Shown here one piece after another: positions 31,549 to 41,029 of a stretch of 61,720 nt of DNA. The notes under the pieces are model-generated. The model was not told the origin of the DNA. It searched no databases and saw nothing but the letters and a program-made list of their open reading frames with translations. The first letter of the stretch is position 1. Each line of letters starts with the position of its first letter. Location of the stretch: positions 1 through 61,720 of the forward strand of contig CAWUZD010000030.1 in the NCBI GenBank assembly GCA_963926925.1. Direction: 5' to 3'. Source of the stretch: an uncultured Lactobacillaceae bacterium. GTDB taxonomy: Bacteria; Bacillota; Bacilli; Lactobacillales; Lactobacillaceae. Made by a program: the position numbers and the translations under genes.

Positions 31549-32468
31549 TATTTCATTTCTCCTTTATGTCCAATCCAACGAATAATTAAGTTAAATAACA
31601 ATGAAATAATTAATAACAATAAGGCCAATGACCATAAAGCATTATTAGCTGCTGATCCTAACACTGTATTACCAATCCCCATCGTCAAGACACTAGTTAA
31701 TGTTGAAGCCGGTGAAATCAGGTTTTGTGGTAACAATGCCGCATTACCAATTACCATTTGAACCGCTAATGCTTCACCAAAGGCCCGTGCCATCCCCATT
31801 ACTACGCCAGTTAAAATGCCAGGAGTAGCAGCACGTAAAACTACTTTATAAATTGTTTGCCAACGTGTTGCACCTAAGGCTAATGAAGCTTCACGATAAT
31901 GCCGTGGCACTGCGCGTAACGCATCAACCGTCATCGCGGTTTCTGTTGGTAAAATCATGACAAATAAAACAAATGTTCCGGCTAAAATCCCAAAACCAGT
32001 CCCACCGAAAATATGGCGAATAATTGGCACAACTAACGTTAAACCAATAAAACCATAAACAACGGATGGAATACCAACTAATAACTCAATAACTGGTTGT
32101 AAAATGCGACTACCCCACTTAGGTGAAATTTCAGTCATAAAAATAGCCGCACCAATCGCCAATGGGGTCGCTAAAAAAATAGCTAAGAAGGTAACACCAA
32201 ATGAACCAATAATCATTGGTAAGGCACCAACTTCAGGTCGCCCATGGTGCATTACACTAGGATTCCAATTACTCTTAAATAAGAAATCAAAGAGATTAAC
32301 CTTATTAACCGTAAATGTCGCAATCCCATGGCTAGCAATAAAACCAAAAATGGCAACGACAATTGCCATTATTACTACAATACAAAAAGTACTTAAAAAC
32401 TTACCGCGTTGTTCAGCGCGTGCGGCACGCGATTTTTTTAATAATTTTGCTTTTATCTTATCATTCAT
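31548..32468 (-). CDS. pstC: Phosphate ABC transporter permease PstC
   Basis: 306 aa with the EAA loop YREASLALGATRWQTI. Confidence 0.9.
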   Translation of the reverse strand: MNDKIKAKLLKKSRAARAEQRGKFLSTFCIVVIMAIVVAIFGFIASHGIATFTVNKVNLFDFLFKSNWNPSVMHHGRPEVGALPMIIGSFGVTFLAIFLATPLAIGAAIFMTEISPKWGSRILQPVIELLVGIPSVVYGFIGLTLVVPIIRHIFGGTGFGILAGTFVLFVMILPTETAMTVDALRAVPRHYREASLALGATRWQTIYKVVLRAATPGILTGVVMGMARAFGEALAVQMVIGNAALLPQNLISPASTLTSVLTMGIGNTVLGSAANNALWSLALLLLIISLLFNLIIRWIGHKGEMK

Positions 32469-32478
32469 AAAGTTTCAC

Positions 32479-33342
32479 CTATTGTGCTGTTACTTCACCA
32501 GCTGCATTCCGTTGTACTTTCATTTCATCAATTGGAATGTAACCTAATTGTTTAACCAACGTCTTCTGCACATGCGCACTTAACATATAATCAATAAATT
32601 TATTGGTTAATGGCTTCGTTTGTTTTTGGGTATACATATGTTCGTATGACCAAATTGGCCACTGATTAGTAATGACATTCGCATCCGTTGGGGCAACATG
32701 ATTGATATGTAAGGAACGAACCGTATTATTAACATATGAAAAAGCCATATAACTAATTGCACCAGGCGTAGCAGCCACAATTTGGCGCACCATCCCGGAT
32801 GAGTCTTGCTCTTGCGCTTGCTTAGATTGGCGCCCTTTTAACACAATTTGTTCAAAAACACTCCGTGTCCCACTACCATTTGCCCGGTTAACAAGAACAA
32901 TCGGAATATCATGGCCACCAACTTGGCGCCAGTTAGTAATTTCACCCGTAAATATCTTTGCTAAATCACGCATGGAAATATCACTAACACCAACATCTTT
33001 ATTAACAATCGGCGTTATTCCTACCACCGCAATCTTATGATCAACAATTTTATGAGGATCAATGTTCTTCTTATCTTCGGCAAATAAATCAGAATCACCG
33101 ACATCAACAGCACCTTCCTGGATTTGACTCAAACCAGTACCAGTACCACCACCTTGAACATTAATAAATGTATTAGGATGACTTTGACAATATTGCTCAC
33201 TTGCTTCTTCAACGAGGGGTTGTAACGCCGTTGAACCAACAATAGTAATTGATTCAGCCGGTTTACCAGCCGTTACTTTACAATAAATTAAAATTAGACC
33301 AAGTACTAATACACCACCAATGGTATAAAATACTTTCTTCAT
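32479..33342 (-). CDS. pstS: Phosphate-binding lipoprotein PstS
   Basis: A signal peptide ending in a Cys (LILIYC), then the PBP-like fold motifs GSTALQP and GGGTGTG. The likely start is ATG 33342 (MKKVF) behind GGAG. Confidence 0.88.
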   Translation of the reverse strand: MKKVFYTIGGVLVLGLILIYCKVTAGKPAESITIVGSTALQPLVEEASEQYCQSHPNTFINVQGGGTGTGLSQIQEGAVDVGDSDLFAEDKKNIDPHKIVDHKIAVVGITPIVNKDVGVSDISMRDLAKIFTGEITNWRQVGGHDIPIVLVNRANGSGTRSVFEQIVLKGRQSKQAQEQDSSGMVRQIVAATPGAISYMAFSYVNNTVRSLHINHVAPTDANVITNQWPIWSYEHMYTQKQTKPLTNKFIDYMLSAHVQKTLVKQLGYIPIDEMKVQRNAAGEVTAQ

Positions 33343-33388
33343 AGCAAAAATCTCCATTTTAGTTATTAATTTAAATTTAACGTATTAG

Positions 33389-33427
33389 TGTAAAGACTTT
33401 ACACTAATAATGTAAATGCCACGTAAA
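33389..33427 (-). promoter_or_regulatory. Pho-box array (PhoP binding repeats) upstream of pstS
   Basis: On the minus strand, TTTACG-tggca-TTTACA-ttatt-AGTGTA-aagtc-TTTACA gives four hexamers at exact 11-bp spacing. Three match the Bacillus-type TT(A/T/C)ACA consensus. The array lies 47-85 nt upstream of the pstS ATG. Confidence 0.6.
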
Positions 33428-33431
33428 TAAT

Positions 33432-33473
33432 AAAAAAATCGTTAAATTATTAGGTTAATTTAACGATTTTTTT
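33432..33473 (-). terminator. phoR terminator
   Basis: A7-ATCGTTAAATTA-ttaggt-TAATTTAACGAT-T6, a perfect 12-bp stem starting right after the phoR stop. Confidence 0.75.
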
Positions 33474-33474
33474 A

Positions 33475-34863
33475 TTATTTACTAATATTAGTTTCAGTCT
33501 TAGGCAAAGTAATCGTAAAAGTACTACCAACCCCTAATTGTGACTGTAAACTTACTTGGCCACCAAGGCTTTCAGTAATTTCCTTAACGATTGATAAACC
33601 TAAGCCGGTACCACCACTATTCTTACTCCGTGATGGATCAACCCGATAAAAGCGCTCAAAAATACGCTTTTGCATATCTTCAGCAATGCCAATGCCAGTA
33701 TCTTGAACCTGTAATGTTACTTGATTACCATCATCATGCCACCGGACCCACACTTGCCCATTTTCATGATTATAGAAAATCGCATTGGCTAACAGGTTTT
33801 TAACAATCTGATCAAATTTAACTGGATCGGTGGTTATGGTTGCAGTTGCCGGAACATCAAGATGCACAGTAATATGACGCTTGGCAATTTGTTGGGCCAA
33901 TAGTTTTTGGGCTTCCTGGATTAAATCAAGCACTTGAATTTGTTTAACACTATTATCACGATTATTATCCAAGCGTGATAATGCCAAAATATCTTGAATT
34001 AACTGTTCAAGACGTTTACTTTCATCAAAGATAATCTTAATAAACTGTTCATTGGTTTGCGGATCATCTTTCGCCCCATCAAGTAAAGTTTCGGCAAAGC
34101 CATTAATGGCTGTTACTGGTGTTTTTAATTCATGGGAAACGTTGCTAACAAAGTCTAATTGCATTTGTTCAACACGGCGAATGGACGTTAAATCGTACAA
34201 AATGACTAATACTTGTTGTTTACCACGTGGCGTTTGTAATTCCACCACATTAGCATCAACATAACTTTCATTACCTTGCACTAATTGAATTTCCTTATGG
34301 TGACTCTTATGATGGCGAAAAGTATGTTCAATCATCCGACTCAAAGCATATGTCTTGACCACATCAATATAGGGACAACCATCAGTAATTTTAGTCCGCC
34401 CCAACATCCCTACCAGTGATTCATTGTGCAAAACAATGTCACGATCACTACTAATCACCATTACTCCTGATGGTAAGTGATCAATTAGGCCATTAAAACT
34501 AGCTTGGCGTAAACTTACCTTTTCTTGTAAGGCTTCACGATTTTCATTTAAATGATTAATTTCCGTAATTAATGGGGCAAGAACATTATGTGGTTCAACT
34601 AACATGGGTGCTGTTTTATCATTATGGCGATTTTTTTGAATCGTAGCCGCAATAGCATTCAAAGTCTGCAGTAAATGACAATAATGATATAACAGCCAAA
34701 TAATATAGCTTAACCATAATGCGCCCAAAACAACTAATAAAGTAATATTAATTGAATCCCAGTAAGGTTTTTGCCATCTTATTAAAATACAACCCAGCGT
34801 AATTACACTTAAAATGATTAACGTTAAAATTAAATATTTACGTTGGTGACGTTTATTGTTCAT
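33475..34863 (-). CDS. phoR: Phosphate-sensing histidine kinase PhoR
   Basis: Two TM segments, a PAS-like region, the H-box FVSNVSHELKTP, and N, G1 and G2 boxes (GTGLGLSIV). The likely start is ATG 34863 (MNNKRH) behind GAGG, overlapping the phoP end by 11 nt. Confidence 0.88.
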   Translation of the reverse strand: MNNKRHQRKYLILTLIILSVITLGCILIRWQKPYWDSINITLLVVLGALWLSYIIWLLYHYCHLLQTLNAIAATIQKNRHNDKTAPMLVEPHNVLAPLITEINHLNENREALQEKVSLRQASFNGLIDHLPSGVMVISSDRDIVLHNESLVGMLGRTKITDGCPYIDVVKTYALSRMIEHTFRHHKSHHKEIQLVQGNESYVDANVVELQTPRGKQQVLVILYDLTSIRRVEQMQLDFVSNVSHELKTPVTAINGFAETLLDGAKDDPQTNEQFIKIIFDESKRLEQLIQDILALSRLDNNRDNSVKQIQVLDLIQEAQKLLAQQIAKRHITVHLDVPATATITTDPVKFDQIVKNLLANAIFYNHENGQVWVRWHDDGNQVTLQVQDTGIGIAEDMQKRIFERFYRVDPSRSKNSGGTGLGLSIVKEITESLGGQVSLQSQLGVGSTFTITLPKTETNISK

Positions 34864-35554
34864 CAGTTGGTGCCTCAAATTGGTATCCAAATCCACGAAT
34901 TGTCTTTAGATATTGTGGATGTTTGGGATCTTTTTCGATTTTATCGCGTAAGTGACTAATTTGAATATCAACCATGCGGGTTTCAGCCGGATATTCAAAA
35001 CCCCATACGCCATTTAACAAACTTTCACGACTTAATGTTTTACCAGCATGTTTAGCAAGGTAAACTAATAATTCAAATTCCTTAGGAGTGAGTTGAACCC
35101 GCGTATCGTTAATATTAACGCGATAATTAACGGTATCAATCGTAATATCACCAACGACAATTTTAGATGAAGTACTATGATGATCATCATCATTGACACG
35201 GCGCGCAATTGCCTTAATCCGGGCAATAATTTCGCGCGGACTAAATGGCTTAGTAACATAATCATCAGCGCCTAATTCTAAACCAACAATCTTATCAGTT
35301 TCACTATCTTTAGCCGTTAAAATCATAATTGGCGTTTTATTACGGTCAGCACGAAGTCGTTTGGTTACTTCCAAACCATCTAACTTAGGCAACATTAAAT
35401 CAAGAATAATAAAATCGTAATGCCGATCACTCGCTTTTTGATAAGCAGTTTCGCCATCATAAGCGACATCAACATCATATTGTTCTTTTTCTAAATTATA
35501 TTTAAGTAAAGTAACAATTGCTGGTTCATCATCAACAACTAAAATTTTCTTCAT
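34853..35554 (-). CDS. phoP: OmpR-family response regulator PhoP
   Basis: Receiver domain (ILVVDDEP, DLMLPKLDG) plus a winged-helix output domain. The likely start is ATG 35554 (MKKIL). Its SD GGTGGA overlaps the stop of the upstream gene. Confidence 0.9.
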   Translation of the reverse strand: MKKILVVDDEPAIVTLLKYNLEKEQYDVDVAYDGETAYQKASDRHYDFIILDLMLPKLDGLEVTKRLRADRNKTPIMILTAKDSETDKIVGLELGADDYVTKPFSPREIIARIKAIARRVNDDDHHSTSSKIVVGDITIDTVNYRVNINDTRVQLTPKEFELLVYLAKHAGKTLSRESLLNGVWGFEYPAETRMVDIQISHLRDKIEKDPKHPQYLKTIRGFGYQFEAPTDEQ

Positions 35555-35563
35555 AATTTCCAC

Positions 35564-36640
35564 CTACTTGAATGTAACTACACCAATTTCATATGGTGAA
35601 TCATTAAAAATAGCTGATTCAAGAATCCGATATTCGCCGGCTTGGTCTTGAACACGCAAATGACAGAATGTCGGACTTTTTTGTAAGGCATAATAAAATT
35701 CTTCTTCACTCGTCACGGGCACTTGATTACATGAAATAATGACATCGCCAATATGCAAATCCATTTTGGCCGCTGGTGTATGTGGTAATACATCAATTAC
35801 CCGGATGCCATTTGGCACTTGGTTAAAGCGTAAATCACCACGTTTATCAAAGTAACCAAAAATACTCCAAATTACTAACATCGCAATTACCAAAAGAACA
35901 CACCACATTACTAAGTGCCGTGGTTGCCACCAGCATAAACTACTTACGACTAAGCATAATGTTGCTTGGATAATTTGCATGGTAATCATGCGTTCGCGAC
36001 TAGTAATTGGCAATTGCCGTTTAACTAATTGGGTAAAACCAAAGATTAATGGCACCATCATCACCGTAACATGCTGGGTACTGCCCATTAACCAGAGATG
36101 CACATGTAACCAATCACCTGGAATAAAAATAAAAAGCGGTACAAAGTAAAACTGCCGTAAGCGATAAGCACTCGTTAATTTACCACGATGGGTGCGTAAT
36201 AATTCTGGTGAATAGGCACTTGTTGGTAACCAGTGTAATAACGCTGCCCCAATGACACTCACAAGCGCACATAAGATTAATGCTATTACAATGGTATGCA
36301 AATCATTTTTAGTAGTAAAAGCATAAATCATTGTTGTAATTAGTAACCAAATATCCAAACGGTAACTAATAAAGCTTAACAATAAGCCAATGCTAATAAA
36401 AATTTCAACCCACATTACCCAACGAGCAGGCAATAAGATACCACTTACTAAGGTTAAAATTGATAACCCAATTCCAATTAAAATACTTGGCCACCAAAAC
36501 CGTTTCATTTCAGGCCAATGTGATTGTAAAGCACTATAAAAATAGTGCCGTTCTGTTTTAACACGATGATAAGCCCAATAACAAGCAACCGCGATACCAA
36601 TCCATAATGCGGGTTGCCACCAAATAATCCCTGTACTCAT
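35564..36640 (-). CDS. Polytopic membrane protein with a C-terminal PDZ domain (MinJ/YvjD-like), no protease motif
   Basis: 358 aa with about 8 hydrophobic segments, then a PDZ region (GIRVIDVLPHTPAAKMDLHIGDVIISCNQVPV). There is no HExxH or Ser-protease motif. Its position in the secA-prfB neighbourhood resembles B. subtilis minJ (yvjD). Confidence 0.5.
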   Translation of the reverse strand: MSTGIIWWQPALWIGIAVACYWAYHRVKTERHYFYSALQSHWPEMKRFWWPSILIGIGLSILTLVSGILLPARWVMWVEIFISIGLLLSFISYRLDIWLLITTMIYAFTTKNDLHTIVIALILCALVSVIGAALLHWLPTSAYSPELLRTHRGKLTSAYRLRQFYFVPLFIFIPGDWLHVHLWLMGSTQHVTVMMVPLIFGFTQLVKRQLPITSRERMITMQIIQATLCLVVSSLCWWQPRHLVMWCVLLVIAMLVIWSIFGYFDKRGDLRFNQVPNGIRVIDVLPHTPAAKMDLHIGDVIISCNQVPVTSEEEFYYALQKSPTFCHLRVQDQAGEYRILESAIFNDSPYEIGVVTFK

Positions 36641-36671
36641 CTTTAGCTCCTACACATAATTAATTAACTAA

Positions 36672-36680
36672 AGTATATCA
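36672..36680 (-). promoter_or_regulatory. Candidate extended -10 element for the PDZ-protein/phoPR transcript
   Basis: On the minus strand, TGaTATACT lies 32 nt upstream of ATG 36640 and just after the prfB stop. Confidence 0.35.
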
Positions 36681-36686
36681 TGAAAG

Positions 36687-37803
36687 TTAATTAGGATTCT
36701 TCTGACTGAGTTGCCATTGCAAATAAGCATTAATAAATGGATCAAGATCACCATCTAAAACGGCTTGGCCATTATGTGTTTCATAACCAGTCCGATGATC
36801 CTTAACCAAAGTGTAAGGATGGAAAACATATGAACGAATTTGGGAGCCCCAACCATTTTCAACAGCTTCGCCTTTAATAGCTGCCTTTTCTTTAGCCTTG
36901 GCTTCCAATTCACGTTGGTATAACTTAGCCTTTAACATGTTTAACGCTGTTTGCCGGTTTTGCAATTGCGAGCGTTGTGCCTGTGAACTTGTTACAATTC
37001 CCGTAGGAATATGGGTAATACGAACTGCGGAAGATGTCTTGTTAATATGCTGACCGCCCGCACCACTAGAACGAAAAACATCAATCCGTAAATCTTCAGG
37101 ACGAATTTCAATATTAATCGAATCATCCAATTCTGGCATTACATCAATTGAAACAAATGATGTATGCCGCCGACCAGCCGCATCAAACGGTGAAATCCGC
37201 ACAAAACGATGCACGCCTTTTTCAGAGCGCAATAACCCGTATGCGTTATGGCCCTTAATCATTAAGGTCACACTCTTCAAACCTGCTTCTTCACCGGCTT
37301 GATAATCAACTACTTCAACTTGTAATTGGTGTTGTTGGGCCCAGCGTGTGTACATTCGTAACATGGTTTCACCCCAGTCTTGGGATTCGGTACCACCAGC
37401 CCCTGGATGAATTTCCATAATAGCATTATGACTGTCATAAGGACCATTAAGTAATTGTTGCATTTCGTACTTCTTTAATTCATCTTGCAACTTACTTAAA
37501 TCTGTTTCAAAATCATGCATCATTTCATCATCAGGTTCTTCTTGCAATAATTCCAAACTAACTTGCAAGTCTTCACCTTGATTTTGCAAATTTTGAAAAG
37601 CATCATACTTTTGTTTTAAAGCATTGTTAGCATCAATTAGTTTTTGCGCTTGTTGTTGATCATCCCAAAAACCAGGTGCGGCCATTTTATTTTCATTAAT
37701 GGCAATGCTTTCTTTAAGGGCATCGAGGTCAAAGAGACCCCCTAAATTGATTTATTTTTTGCATGCAAGCTGCTAAAGCATGTTTAGCTTCACTAATTTC
37801 CAT
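36687..37803 (-). CDS. prfB: Peptide chain release factor 2, expressed through a programmed +1 ribosomal frameshift
   Basis: Frame 0 runs from ATG 37803 (MEISEAKHALAACMQKINQFRGSL) to an in-frame TGA at 37740..37738. The +1 frame continues DLDALKESIAINENKMAAPGFW into the track ORF 36687..37685. GGQ and SPF motifs are present (SGAGGQHINK, RISPFD). Confidence 0.92.
37737..37752 (-). promoter_or_regulatory. prfB: RF2 autoregulatory frameshift site
   Basis: On the minus strand, AGGGGG TCT CTT TGA C consists of an internal SD-like element, a 3-nt spacer, the slippery CUU and a UGA C stop context. It is almost identical to the classical E. coli/B. subtilis prfB site. Confidence 0.9.
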
Positions 37804-37821
37804 ATTTTCCTCCTGAGATAG

Positions 37822-37853
37822 AAGAAGATTGTGGCAAAAGTCACAATCTTCTT
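37822..37853 (-). other. Stable hairpin between secA and prfB, not a classical terminator
   Basis: AAGAAGATTGTG-gcaaaagt-CACAATCTTCTT, a perfect 12-bp stem with no U-tract on the minus strand, ending 8 nt before the prfB SD. Confidence 0.5.
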
Positions 37854-37875
37854 TATTACAATATCATAAAAACAA

Positions 37876-40242
37876 TTAACGACGAATATTTTGCCGAATT
37901 TGTGCTTTCATAAACAAACGTGTTACGCCAAAATCAATATCAGCAATCATTTCTTCAAACATCCGGAAGCCTTCTTCTTGGTATTCAACTAACGGATTCA
38001 TTTGTCCATAACCACGTAAACCAATTGATTGCCGCAATTGATCCATCGCATCAATGTGCGCTGTCCAGTGTTCATCAACTACCCGCAAAATAATTACTTT
38101 TTCAAATTCAAGCATTTGTTGTGGGTCAGCTAATTGCCGTTGCTTTTGCTTATAGTTTTCATCTACAAAGCTCATTAACAAGTTGTAAATACCATCAGCA
38201 GTTAAGCCTTTAAGGTTATCCAATTGTAACTTATCTTCACCAACCATATTACTCCATGCAAAGTTCAAAATGGCTTGTAAGTTCCAATCCTTAGAATCAC
38301 CTTGGGTATACAAGTTAACAATCCGGTGCACTGTCCGTTGAATCATTGGTAAAATAACTGGTTTCATCAAATCTTCAGTGCTGTTAATAATTTGCATCCG
38401 TTCTTTGTAAATAACTTCACGTTGTTCACGCATTACGTCATCATATTGCAAAGTATTCTTACGAGCATCGTAGTTATTACCTTCAACCCGCTTTTGCGCT
38501 GATTCAACTTGTTTAGAAATCATTTTACTTTCAATAACAGAATCAGCTTCACTGATGTTCATCCGGTCAAGGAAATCCTTAATCCGTTCTGAACCAAACC
38601 GTTTCATTAAGTCATCTTCAAGTGACATGTAGAAACGTGTCAAACCAGGATCACCTTGCCGGCCCGCACGACCACGTAACTGGTTATCAATCCGCCGTGA
38701 TTCATGCCGTTCAGTTCCTAAAACAGCTAAACCACCTAAGGCTTTAACACCAGGCCCTAACTTAATATCGGTACCACGACCAGCCATGTTCGTCGCAATG
38801 GTTACGGCACCACGTTGACCAGCATTCATGATAATTTCCGCTTCTTTAAAGTGGTTCTTCGCATTCAAAACAGAATGAGGAATATGTTCCTTATCGAGTA
38901 AGTTAGATAAGCGTTCTGAAGATTCAACCGCAACGGTCCCAATTAAGACTGGTTGTCCTTTGGCGTGCCGTTCCTTAATTTCTTGGGTAACAGCCTTAAA
39001 CTTACTATCAATTGTTGGATACAAAACGTCAGGATAATCAACCCGAATAACTGGCTTATTGGTTGGAATAGTAATGACGTTCATGTTGTAAATTTCACGG
39101 AATTCTTCTTCTTCGGTCTTAGCTGTTCCGGTCATTCCTGCTAATTTATCGTACATCCGGAAGTAGTTTTGGTAAGTAATATTAGCCATGGTTGAAGTTT
39201 CATCTTCAATCTTAACGCCTTCCTTAGCTTCAATGGCTTGGTGAAGGCCATCAGAATAACGCCGGCCTTCCATAACACGACCAGTAAATTGATCAACAAT
39301 ATTAACCTTACCATCTTGTACCACGTAATCAACATCCCGTTGCATAATGAAGTTAGCCCGCAATGCTTGATCGATGTGATGAGTTAAAGCAGAATTACCT
39401 TCGTCATACAAGTTGTTTAAACCAAACATCTTTTCAGCCTTGGTAATTCCTTCTTCAGTCAAACTAACCGTCTTAGTTGGCCAATCAATCTTAAAATCTT
39501 CGTTTTCTTTTAATTTCTTCGCAAACTTATCAGCACGAATGTATAACTTCGTTGATTTTTCAGCTTGACCAGAAATAATCAATGGTGTCCGGGCTTCATC
39601 AATTAAAATGGAGTCAACTTCGTCGATAATGGCATAATTCAATGGGCGTTGCACCATTTGTTCTTTGTAAACGACCATGTTATCCCGCAAATAGTCGAAA
39701 CCTAATTCACTATTAGTTGAATAAGTAATATCGGCATTATAAGCGGCCCGTTTTTCTTCAGGAGTTTTAGAATTTAAATTAAGGCCAACAGTTAATCCTA
39801 ACCACTTATACAATTCGCCCATTTCAGTAGCGTCACGGGTTGATAAGTATTCGTTAACGGTAACAACGTGTACCCCTTTACCAGTTAAGGCATTAAGGTA
39901 TACTGGCATGGTTGCGGTTAAAGTCTTACCTTCACCAGTCCGCATTTCAGCAATATTACCTTCGTGTAAAGTAATACCACCAATAATTTGCACACGGAAT
40001 GGGAATAAGCCTAAAACACGTTTAGCTGCTTCACGAACCGTGGCAAAGGCTTCTGGTAATAATTGGTCTAATGTTTCACCTTTGGCAAGCCGTTGCTTAA
40101 ATTCAGGTGTCTTAGCCTTTAATTGTTCATCAGTTAAGGCTGCATATTCATCTTCATATGATTCAACTTTATTGGCAATTTTGCCCATGCGTTTTACTTC
40201 ACGCGCATCATTTTCAATCCATTTCTTTAAAAAGTTGGCCAT
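37876..40242 (-). CDS. secA: Preprotein translocase ATPase SecA
   Basis: 788 aa with the DEAD-like motor motifs MRTGEGKTL and [17 protein letters not shown]. It has no C-terminal zinc-finger tail. Confidence 0.97.
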   Translation of the reverse strand: MANFLKKWIENDAREVKRMGKIANKVESYEDEYAALTDEQLKAKTPEFKQRLAKGETLDQLLPEAFATVREAAKRVLGLFPFRVQIIGGITLHEGNIAEMRTGEGKTLTATMPVYLNALTGKGVHVVTVNEYLSTRDATEMGELYKWLGLTVGLNLNSKTPEEKRAAYNADITYSTNSELGFDYLRDNMVVYKEQMVQRPLNYAIIDEVDSILIDEARTPLIISGQAEKSTKLYIRADKFAKKLKENEDFKIDWPTKTVSLTEEGITKAEKMFGLNNLYDEGNSALTHHIDQALRANFIMQRDVDYVVQDGKVNIVDQFTGRVMEGRRYSDGLHQAIEAKEGVKIEDETSTMANITYQNYFRMYDKLAGMTGTAKTEEEEFREIYNMNVITIPTNKPVIRVDYPDVLYPTIDSKFKAVTQEIKERHAKGQPVLIGTVAVESSERLSNLLDKEHIPHSVLNAKNHFKEAEIIMNAGQRGAVTIATNMAGRGTDIKLGPGVKALGGLAVLGTERHESRRIDNQLRGRAGRQGDPGLTRFYMSLEDDLMKRFGSERIKDFLDRMNISEADSVIESKMISKQVESAQKRVEGNNYDARKNTLQYDDVMREQREVIYKERMQIINSTEDLMKPVILPMIQRTVHRIVNLYTQGDSKDWNLQAILNFAWSNMVGEDKLQLDNLKGLTADGIYNLLMSFVDENYKQKQRQLADPQQMLEFEKVIILRVVDEHWTAHIDAMDQLRQSIGLRGYGQMNPLVEYQEEGFRMFEEMIADIDFGVTRLFMKAQIRQNIRR

Positions 40243-40321
40243 TGATTAAAAATTCCTTTCTCCGTACAAAAAAATAATATCAATATATTTTAACATTTAT
40301 AATAATCGTCAACAAGCTAAC

Positions 40322-40359
40322 AAAAAAGAGCTTGTAGTAAATTTACTACAAGCTCTTTT
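40322..40359 (-). terminator. hpf terminator
   Basis: A5-AGAGCTTGTAGTAAA/TTTACTACAAGCTCT-T4, a perfect 15-bp inverted repeat. Confidence 0.8.
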
Positions 40360-40374
40360 CCTAATTATCAGTTA

Positions 40375-40947
40375 TTAATCATTATCATTAGTTTCAATTA
40401 AACCATAACGACCATCACGCCGCTTGTACACAATACTAATACCATTAGTATCAGTGTCTTCAAAGATGAAGAAGTTATGATCAAGCATGTTCATTTGTAA
40501 AATAGCTTCTTGACTATTCATTGGCTTCAAAGCTAAGCGCTTAGTCCGCACAACTTCCATGGCATCATTACCATTATCTTCGGCTTCTTCTTCATAATCA
40601 GAATCAGGAATTGTTAACTTGAAGTCATTAATTCCTTTTTCACGTGATTTACGATTAATCCGTGTATTAAACTTGTGGATTTGCCGTACTAACTTATCAA
40701 TCACTAAGTCAATACTCTTGTAAAGATCATCAGATGTTTCTTCAGCTCTTAATGAGAGATATGGTAATAAAATAGTGACTTCAGCTTTTGCTGATTTATT
40801 AGGATAAACTCGTAAGTTAACCCGAGCAGTCACATTCATCTTGGTATTAACGAAGTATTTATCGAGTTTATTCACTTTCTTTTCAACATAACTGCGAATT
40901 GCATCAGTAATTTCGATGTTTTCACCACGTATATTGTAATCTAACAT
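40375..40947 (-). CDS. hpf: Ribosome hibernation promoting factor, long form
   Basis: 190 aa with an N-terminal sigma-54-modulation/YfiA fold and a C-terminal dimerisation domain (FFIFEDTDTNGISIVYKRRDGRYGLIE). Confidence 0.9.
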   Translation of the reverse strand: MLDYNIRGENIEITDAIRSYVEKKVNKLDKYFVNTKMNVTARVNLRVYPNKSAKAEVTILLPYLSLRAEETSDDLYKSIDLVIDKLVRQIHKFNTRINRKSREKGINDFKLTIPDSDYEEEAEDNGNDAMEVVRTKRLALKPMNSQEAILQMNMLDHNFFIFEDTDTNGISIVYKRRDGRYGLIETNDND

Positions 40948-40991
40948 AAGCTTTAGTCTCCCTTCTCTAAAGTAACTTCCTTACACTTTTA

Positions 40992-41019
40992 ATTATAAAT
41001 AAAAGTCCATGTGATACAA
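40992..41019 (-). promoter_or_regulatory. Candidate sigma-A promoter of hpf
   Basis: On the minus strand, TTGTAT (41019..41014), a 16-nt spacer, then TATAAT (40997..40992), 45 nt upstream of the hpf ATG. Confidence 0.5.
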
Positions 41020-41029
41020 AGATAACGAC

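Noticed and set aside
27016-32547. Long antisense ORFs inside hprK (27016-27324), pstB (29134-29508, 29390-29629, 29985-30176), pstA (30695-31012) and pstC/pstS (32104-32547). There are similar ones in secA (39908-40249), pgsA (48728-49072) and ftsK (53811-54437).
   Set aside because: Each is fully embedded opposite a gene with unmistakable family motifs. They have no SD and odd composition (Cys/Arg/Ile-rich). Such stop-free antisense frames are expected by chance in AT-rich coding DNA.
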